Of a stretch of DNA of 64,000 nucleotides, positions 58,389-64,000 are shown in pieces (positions within the stretch are counted from its first letter, which is position 1; the number at the start of each line of letters is the position of its first letter). The notes below the pieces were generated by a model. It had not been told where the DNA came from, ran no database searches, and saw nothing but the letters and a program-made list of their open reading frames with translations. The translations under genes and the position numbers were made by a program. Source of the DNA: an uncultured delta proteobacterium (GTDB taxonomy: Bacteria; Myxococcota_A; Polyangia; Polyangiales; Polyangiaceae); contig CAWJCS010000005.1 in assembly GCA_963841435.1 (NCBI GenBank), forward strand, positions 1,632,001 to 1,696,000, written 5' to 3'.

Positions 58389-58895
58389 ATGGCGGGCCCC
58401 GACGAGCTCACCCCGGCCGATTTACGGAACATCGGCTTGTTCGGCGCGCTGAGCGACGAGGTGCTCGGATTCTTCGTCGGGATGCTCACGGTCGTGCGGC
58501 CCGGGATCGGCGAGGCGGTCTTTCGCGAGGGCGACGAAGCCAACGCAATGTACGTCGTCCTTGCCGGCGAGATGGAGGTGACCAAGCGCAGCCGCCAAGG
58601 CGTCGACGCGCGCGTCGCCATGCTGGGGCCCGGGGATTGGTTCGGCGAGATGAGCATCGTTGACATCCAGCCGCGCTCCGCCACGGTGCGCGCGGTCGCG
58701 CCGTGCCGCCTCATCCGCCTGACCGCTTCCGATCTCGACGCGCTCTACCGGCACGACGTGCGGTCGTATGCGATCATCGTGCTCAACATCGCGCGCGAGC
58801 TCAGTCGCAGGCTGCGCGTCGCCGACGGCATCCTCGCCGATCTCATCGCGAACGTGCTCGACGGCTATCTCGGCCAGCGCACGGGCGGCTCCTAG
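58389..58895 (+). CDS. Stand-alone cyclic-nucleotide-binding domain protein
   Basis: VFREGD, GDWFGEMS, PRSATVRA; no HTH. Confidence 0.88.
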   Translation: MAGPDELTPADLRNIGLFGALSDEVLGFFVGMLTVVRPGIGEAVFREGDEANAMYVVLAGEMEVTKRSRQGVDARVAMLGPGDWFGEMSIVDIQPRSATVRAVAPCRLIRLTASDLDALYRHDVRSYAIIVLNIARELSRRLRVADGILADLIANVLDGYLGQRTGGS

Positions 58896-58971
58896 AAGGT
58901 CAGCGCTCACCCGCAGCGAAGCGGGAAAGCCGTGGCCTGCCAGGGTTTTTCGCCGCTCGTGGCCGCCGCGA

Positions 58972-59904
58972 TCACGAGCCCGCGGGCGTCCACGTGGCGT
59001 TGGCGATCATCGCGCAAGCCGCCGCGGGGTCGACGATCGTCGTGCCCTGGTAGACGCACTCGCGGTAGGCGGCCGGCGTCGCGTACGCGCAGCAACCGAT
59101 GAGATCGAGGCCCGCGGGGCACGGTGATTCCGACCAGGTGCCGCCGCTGAGCCCGCACGCCATCTGCGACGCCGCGACGCTGGCCGGGCCGTCAGTGATC
59201 TCGAGGCAGCTTGCCTGCGTCGTACGCTGGTCGCAGGTGCCGTGCACGAGCGCGCCGCCGGCGCTTCCTCCCTGGCCGGCGCCACCCGAGCCCGCCACGC
59301 CGCCCGAGCCCGCCACGCCGCCTGAGCCGGCTACGCCGCCCGAGCCGGCCGCGCCGCCCGAGCCCGCTGGCGATCCGCCGGCGGCACCGCCGCTGCCGCC
59401 CGAGCCGGCGGCGGCGCCGCCCATGCCGCCACTCACCCCTGACCCGGCGCCGCCTGCAGCGCCGCCGAAGCCGCTGCCGCCGCTTCCGGCGAAGGGACCG
59501 CTCCCCGCAGAGCTGCCGCCCGTTCCGGCGAAGCTACCAGCGCTGCCCCCAACGCCGACGCCCGCTGCTCCCGCTGTACCAGCGGCAGCGGCACCGGCCG
59601 TACCCCCGGTGGGCGGCGTCGCGCTCGAGCCGCCGTTTCCGCTGCCGCCTGTGCCCGGAGCTGCGCCCGCGCTCGTACCGCCGGAGTCGTTCGCCCCCGA
59701 CGTGCCGCCAGTGCTGGCCGAAATGCTGCCACCTGTTCCCCCCGAGCCTGGCTGTCCGCTGCCTCCGGTCCCGCCGGCACCGATGGCCGGGCCGTTCGGG
59801 TCGTCCTTCTTTCCGCCCGGGAGCTCGGGGAACGGATTGAGAAAGCACCCAGCCGGCCACAAGGCCAGAAGAATGGGTAGGAGGCGCCGATAGTAAGGCG
59901 GCAT
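58972..59904 (-). CDS. Gly-rich lipoprotein with Cys-rich C-terminal domain
   Basis: Lipobox PAGC-FLNPFPELPG; GSGG repeats; C..GGTWS..CP..GCC. Confidence 0.75.
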   Translation of the reverse strand: MPPYYRRLLPILLALWPAGCFLNPFPELPGGKKDDPNGPAIGAGGTGGSGQPGSGGTGGSISASTGGTSGANDSGGTSAGAAPGTGGSGNGGSSATPPTGGTAGAAAAGTAGAAGVGVGGSAGSFAGTGGSSAGSGPFAGSGGSGFGGAAGGAGSGVSGGMGGAAAGSGGSGGAAGGSPAGSGGAAGSGGVAGSGGVAGSGGVAGSGGAGQGGSAGGALVHGTCDQRTTQASCLEITDGPASVAASQMACGLSGGTWSESPCPAGLDLIGCCAYATPAAYRECVYQGTTIVDPAAACAMIANATWTPAGS

Positions 59905-59925
59905 GGCAGGGCCTGTGCCAATGGA

Positions 59926-59941
59926 AGCACAACTTGGGCCA
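59926..59941 (-). promoter_or_regulatory. sigma54 -24/-12 promoter
   Basis: Minus strand TGGCCCAAGTTGTGCT (GG-N10-GC). Confidence 0.5.
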
Positions 59942-60019
59942 GTGTCGGTGGAAGATCGACCGCGGCCCATCGACCTTTCCGTGGCCCCTCTGGCGTGCAC
60001 CCGCGCCTTTGCGATTTGG

Positions 60020-60040
60020 CGCAATTTGGCACAAATTGCG
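60020..60040. promoter_or_regulatory. Palindromic upstream activating site or operator
   Basis: CGCAATTTG-GCA-CAAATTGCG, perfect 9-bp inverted repeat. Confidence 0.6.
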
Positions 60041-60068
60041 ACCGCGGTGTCCCATCCGGCCCACCACG

Positions 60069-60098
60069 GCTCAGCTCAGCTCAGCTCAGTTTAGCTCA
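60069..60098. repeat. GCTCA pentanucleotide tandem repeat
   Basis: (GCTCA)x4, then GTTTA, then GCTCA. Confidence 0.7.
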
Positions 60099-60401
60099 AG
60101 CTCCGGCCTCCCCGCCGGCACCTGCCTCGGGACCGTCCAGGTTCCCCGAGCCGCCGGTTCCCTCGGGCGGGACCGCCGGGCTGCCGGCGGTCCCGGAGGT
60201 CGCGCCGCTGTCGACGCCGGCGTCGGGGGCAGAAGAGCCGCCCGTTGCCCCAGACCCGGTCATCCCAGTGCCGCCGGCCCCCGAGTCGGAGAGCCCGGGG
60301 GTCCGCCCCCCGTTCGTCCCGGGCAGGTCCGCGCCGTCGCGCAGCAGGCACGCCCCGGTGAGCAGCAGCCCGGCGAGGGCGGTGAGCAGGAAACGCGGCA
60401 C
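60096..60401 (-). CDS. Small Gly-rich lipoprotein
   Basis: Signal peptide with TGAC lipobox; low-complexity body. Confidence 0.6.
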   Translation of the reverse strand: MPRFLLTALAGLLLTGACLLRDGADLPGTNGGRTPGLSDSGAGGTGMTGSGATGGSSAPDAGVDSGATSGTAGSPAVPPEGTGGSGNLDGPEAGAGGEAGA

Positions 60402-60458
60402 GCCGCTCCCTGGTGCAATTCTCCCGCCAATCGGCTCACCCTCCGACATCGGAATCGT

Positions 60459-61295
60459 TCAGCCCCGACCTCGGAGGGCTCGTCGCGCTCGGGCGAGCAG
60501 CGCCATGGCCGGGGCCGTGTCGGGTGGCAATCGGGCGAGGCCCGCGCGGACTCGATCCAGCTCGGCCGTGATCTCGGAGAGCCCCGCTGCCACCGTGTCA
60601 GCGTTCGTCGCCAGGATGTCCTCCCACATTCGTTCCGGGCCGCCGGCAGCGTGCGTCGTGCGCTCGAAGGCAGGGCCCACGGCGCTCTCCGCGCCCGATT
60701 CGAGAGCGACGCCCGCGAGCGCGCTCGCGACGAGCTGAGTCACGTGGCTCGTGAGGGCCACCGCGCGATCGTGCTCGTCCGCGCTCAGACGCACGGGCAC
60801 GGCGCCGAGCCTGGGCACGAGGCTCTCGACGAGCTCGAACGCGTCCGGGTCGACGTTCTCGGGACAGAGGATCCAGCGGCGCCCCTGGAACAGGTCCGCG
60901 CGCGCCAGGTCGATGCCGCCCTCGGGGGCGCCCGCCATGGGGTGACCGGGGACGAAGCGCGCGCGCCGCGGCGAGGCGCCCGCGGCGCGGGCGATCGCGC
61001 GCTTCGTGGAGCCGCAGTCGGTGACCACGCGTGCCGTGGCGAGCAGCTCGGGGACGAGTCGGATGATCGCGCTCACGGGCGTCGCGACCACGACGAGATC
61101 TGCCCGCGCCGCTGCCCCGGCCACCTCGCCATACCGCGCGGCGTCGATGTGCCGCGCGGCCGCCCGCTGTGCCGCCGGGCGGTCGAGGACGGCCGGGAGA
61201 TCCACGGCGGTCACCTCGGCGCCCGGGTCAACCTGGGCGAGGGCGAGCGCGAACGAGCCCCCGAGTAGACCGAAGCCGACGACGACGACGTTCAT
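60459..61295 (-). CDS. tyrA: Prephenate/arogenate dehydrogenase
   Basis: GFGLLGGS, TDCGSTK, GHPMAG, HDRAVALTSH, FERTT. Confidence 0.9.
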   Translation of the reverse strand: MNVVVVGFGLLGGSFALALAQVDPGAEVTAVDLPAVLDRPAAQRAAARHIDAARYGEVAGAAARADLVVVATPVSAIIRLVPELLATARVVTDCGSTKRAIARAAGASPRRARFVPGHPMAGAPEGGIDLARADLFQGRRWILCPENVDPDAFELVESLVPRLGAVPVRLSADEHDRAVALTSHVTQLVASALAGVALESGAESAVGPAFERTTHAAGGPERMWEDILATNADTVAAGLSEITAELDRVRAGLARLPPDTAPAMALLARARRALRGRG

Positions 61296-62191
61296 CGACG
61301 CATGGCCGCGGCGACCGCGCGCACGCGCTCCGCGACGTCGACGGCGTCGCCCCAGCTGAGCGTCGCGGGAACTCGTGCCACCTCGCCGTCGCGCCCCACC
61401 CACACGCGCAGCACGATTCCGTCGGCACCCGCGGCGACCGCCGCGGCGGCAACCGAAGCAACGTAGCGCGAGCGCTCGGCGATGCTCGGCACGTCGACGA
61501 CGATCGGCAGATGCGTGCGCTGTTTGGCCCGGGCGATGGCAGCGACCTCGAGCGTGCGCGCGCCGCTCGGGTATTCACCCCCGCACTCGAACAGCACGAC
61601 CTGCCCTTCCGCGCGCCCGAGCTCGCGCTCGGCCTCCGCGATCCATGCGTTGGCGCCCGCGCTCGGCGCGCGCGCCACGAAGCACACGGGCCAGCGCTGG
61701 CCGCCGGGCTGCGGATGCACCGAGAGGCACGCGAGCGCCCCGACCGCGTCGGGTGCCAGATGCGACCGCGTGATGGCGGCATCGAACGGCCGCCCCGCGA
61801 GCACGGCGTACGGCAGCTCCTGCGAGCGGGGCGCTTCGGCGTCGCTCGGCCGCGACGCAGGCTCGGCGTGGCGCACCGCCGGACCGATCGGCTCGATGGC
61901 GATCCACGGTCGCTCGCCGCCGATCGTCCCCCAGGGTCCTTCGATGACCGTCAACTGCTCGCGGAAGCGTCGCGACGCCAGCCGAAAAGGCTCGCTCACT
62001 CGCACGACCTGAGCGACGCCCTCCAGCTCGCTGACGACGACGACGTCGTTGCCCGTGACGTCGCCGACGACACCGAGGATCGTCCGCTTGGCGCCGCTCG
62101 AGCGGTGCACGTCGAACCCCGCGGAGACCAAGAACGCGATCACGCTCTCGACCGCGCGGTCGGAGGCCCCTTCAACCATGACGACGATCAT
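61292..62191 (-). CDS. DAHP synthase type I-beta homolog with N-terminal regulatory domain; catalytic motifs degenerate
   Basis: MIVVM..HRSSG..TILGVVGD..PFRLASR N-terminus; THLPIVVD, AAGADG; no AGPC, KPRTS or IGARN. Confidence 0.75.
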   Translation of the reverse strand: MIVVMVEGASDRAVESVIAFLVSAGFDVHRSSGAKRTILGVVGDVTGNDVVVVSELEGVAQVVRVSEPFRLASRRFREQLTVIEGPWGTIGGERPWIAIEPIGPAVRHAEPASRPSDAEAPRSQELPYAVLAGRPFDAAITRSHLAPDAVGALACLSVHPQPGGQRWPVCFVARAPSAGANAWIAEAERELGRAEGQVVLFECGGEYPSGARTLEVAAIARAKQRTHLPIVVDVPSIAERSRYVASVAAAAVAAGADGIVLRVWVGRDGEVARVPATLSWGDAVDVAERVRAVAAAMRR

Positions 62192-62283
62192 CGGAGGCCG
62201 GCCAGACTAGCAGAACCCGGCGCCGTTGACGTTGCCCGGAGCCGCGGGGGCAGCCCCACCGCGGCTTGCAGGGAGCGAGCCTG

Positions 62284-63516
62284 TCACTCGGTGGTGAAGC
62301 GGTGGACCATCGTGTGCTTGTACGTCTGGCCGGGCTTGAGGATCACCTGATCCTTCCAGGCGGGGACGTTGATGGCATTCACGAAAGCCTGGGTTTCCAG
62401 GCAGAACGCGTCGTATTGGTGGTACGTCGCGCCCTTGCCCGTGAGCTTGCCGTCGAGGAAAATGCCCGCGTAAAACTGAAGCCCGGGTTGATCCGCGTCG
62501 AGCGTCAACACCCGCCCGGACTTCGGATCCTTCACGATGGCGGCGGGGCGGAGGGTGTGGGGCTCGCCGTTGACGATCCAGTTGTGGTCGAAGCCAACGG
62601 GCGTCCCGCCTGCGGCTTCGAGATTCTTGCCGATGGGCGTGGGCTGCAGGAAGTCGAAGGGTGTGCCGGCGACGGGCTTGACGGTGCCGTCGGGCACGGG
62701 GTCGGTGCCGGGCTTCGTCGGCTTACCGGGCGTGTACTTGTCCGCGAAGATCTGCAGCACGTGATCGCGAATGGTCCCCGAGTTGTACCCGCCGAGGTTC
62801 CAGTACGAATGGTGAGCCATGTTCACGATCGTGGTCTTGTCGGTCGTGGCGGCCATGTCGACACGGAATGTGTTGTCGTGGGTCAGCGTGTACGTGACCG
62901 TCGCGGTGACCGTGCCGGGGTACCCTTCCTCGCCGTCCTTGGACACGTAGGTGAGCTTGAGCGCCGGGTCCTCGGCGGTGCCCGCGGGCTCCGCCGTCCA
63001 GATCACCTTGTCCCAGCCCTTTTTCCCGCCGTGGAGCGTGTGCGGGCCGTTGTTGGCGAAGAGCTTGTACGTCTTGCCTTCGAGCTTGAACTGGGCGTTC
63101 TTGATGCGGTTGGCGACGCGACCGACGGTCGTGCCCATGTAGGGGCTGCTCTTCACGTACTCGTTGACGGTGTCGAAGCCCGCGACGATGTCGGCGAGCT
63201 TGCCGTTGCGATCGGGAACGAGAAAATTCGTGACGATGGCGCCGTAGTTGCTCACCGTCATCGCGAGCCCCTTCGGGTTCGTGAGCGTGTAGCGAACGAC
63301 GTCCTGGCCGTTGACCTTGCCCCACGGGGCCTTGGTGATGGGCTCCGGCTTGGGAGCGGGCGCGGGCTCCGGCACGGCCGGGGGAGCCGTCACGGCGACG
63401 GGAGCGGGAGCTTCCGGGGGCGGAGGCGCAACGGGCTCGGGCTGCGCGCCGCCGCAGCCGATCATGAGTCCAATCGCAGTGCCCAGGATGGTTTTCGACA
63501 GGCCGAGTCGCGTCAT
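62284..63516 (-). CDS. galM: Aldose 1-epimerase (mutarotase), lipoprotein form
   Basis: GRVANRI, LHGG, EGYPG, HSYWNL, FDHN, CLETQ; lipobox MIGC. Confidence 0.9.
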   Translation of the reverse strand: MTRLGLSKTILGTAIGLMIGCGGAQPEPVAPPPPEAPAPVAVTAPPAVPEPAPAPKPEPITKAPWGKVNGQDVVRYTLTNPKGLAMTVSNYGAIVTNFLVPDRNGKLADIVAGFDTVNEYVKSSPYMGTTVGRVANRIKNAQFKLEGKTYKLFANNGPHTLHGGKKGWDKVIWTAEPAGTAEDPALKLTYVSKDGEEGYPGTVTATVTYTLTHDNTFRVDMAATTDKTTIVNMAHHSYWNLGGYNSGTIRDHVLQIFADKYTPGKPTKPGTDPVPDGTVKPVAGTPFDFLQPTPIGKNLEAAGGTPVGFDHNWIVNGEPHTLRPAAIVKDPKSGRVLTLDADQPGLQFYAGIFLDGKLTGKGATYHQYDAFCLETQAFVNAINVPAWKDQVILKPGQTYKHTMVHRFTTE

Positions 63517-63672
63517 TGCCGCCTCTTTCGTGCGTGGGGAGAGAGTGGCGCGGGGCTCGAGACTTCGAGCCTGCACCGGGATTGGCTCCGTACCCTGATC
63601 AGGCAGAAATGACAATGCCATTGCGGAGCCGAATCCACGCCAGTGCAGGTCGCCGCAGACCGTCGCGATAGG

Positions 63673-64000
63673 TCACGATTCTCGCCGAGCGGGACCGAGC
63701 CCGGCGGCCATTCGCGCGAGCGCCGTATCCTCGTCTTCACTGAGCCCGCTCACGCCAACGGCGCCGACGACCTCACCCGACGGAGCGAGGACCGGCACGC
63801 CGCCGCCCCAGCTGACGTAGCGAAGCACCCCGAAGTTGGTGAGCGGGAAGCCCTCGCGGCGCGACGCCTCGCCAAGCGCCTTGGACTCGCCCTGCTCTCG
63901 TGCTGCTGTGTACGCTTTGTTGATCGCTACGTCGATGCACGAGAGACGACACCCATCGGTGCGGAGCAGTGCGATGAGCTCACCATGCGTGTCGACGACG
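63673..64000 (-). CDS. GlcG/HbpS family heme-binding protein, 5'-truncated by window edge
   Basis: Manual translation VVDTHGE..RTDG..AINKAYTAA..GGGVPV..VGAVGVSG..ED. Confidence 0.85.
   Translation of the reverse strand, partial: VVDTHGELIALLRTDGCRLSCIDVAINKAYTAAREQGESKALGEASRREGFPLTNFGVLRYVSWGGGVPVLAPSGEVVGAVGVSGLSEDEDTALARMAAGLGPARRES

Noticed and set aside
59270-59420. CRISPR-like or mobile repeat array
   Set aside because: The 18-bp repeats encode GSGGVA linker units of a lipoprotein and have no unique spacers

Overview
Very GC-rich bacterial chromosomal segment whose gene style points to Myxococcota, probably Polyangiaceae/Sorangiineae (CdnL, Hanks kinases, DUF4388 proteins, Gly-rich lipoproteins, FecR-TPR ECF system, sigma54 promoters). 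It is mostly core genes (ppx-like, cdnL, rnc, trmL, rph, queE, rsgA, dapF, aroKB, zapA, bioF-bioD, rpe, tyrA, galM) mixed with many hypothetical lipoproteins. I found no rRNA, tRNA, CRISPR array, transposase or prophage. Most notable signals: (1) a 14-codon leader peptide with an SD-sequestering hairpin upstream of rsgA, a candidate ribosome-sensing attenuator; (2) a ~255-nt structured leader between a canonical sigma70 promoter and cdnL; (3) a dapF-linked signalling cluster of apparent pseudo-enzymes (degenerate GGDEF with intact I-site, pseudo-receiver/DUF4388/pseudo-GTPase, Hpt-REC-REC membrane protein, sulfatase-like protein without the usual nucleophile); (4) an apparently catalytically dead DAHP synthase coupled to tyrA; (5) an orphan TrpRS C-terminal domain; (6) parS sites inside bioF beside a repeat-bearing AT-rich island; (7) sigma54 promoters, two with perfect upstream palindromes. 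Five genes carry small frameshifts that are probably assembly errors; four of the six inferred extra bases lie in a GA[A]CG context. All calls come from motif recognition by eye; no searches were run.
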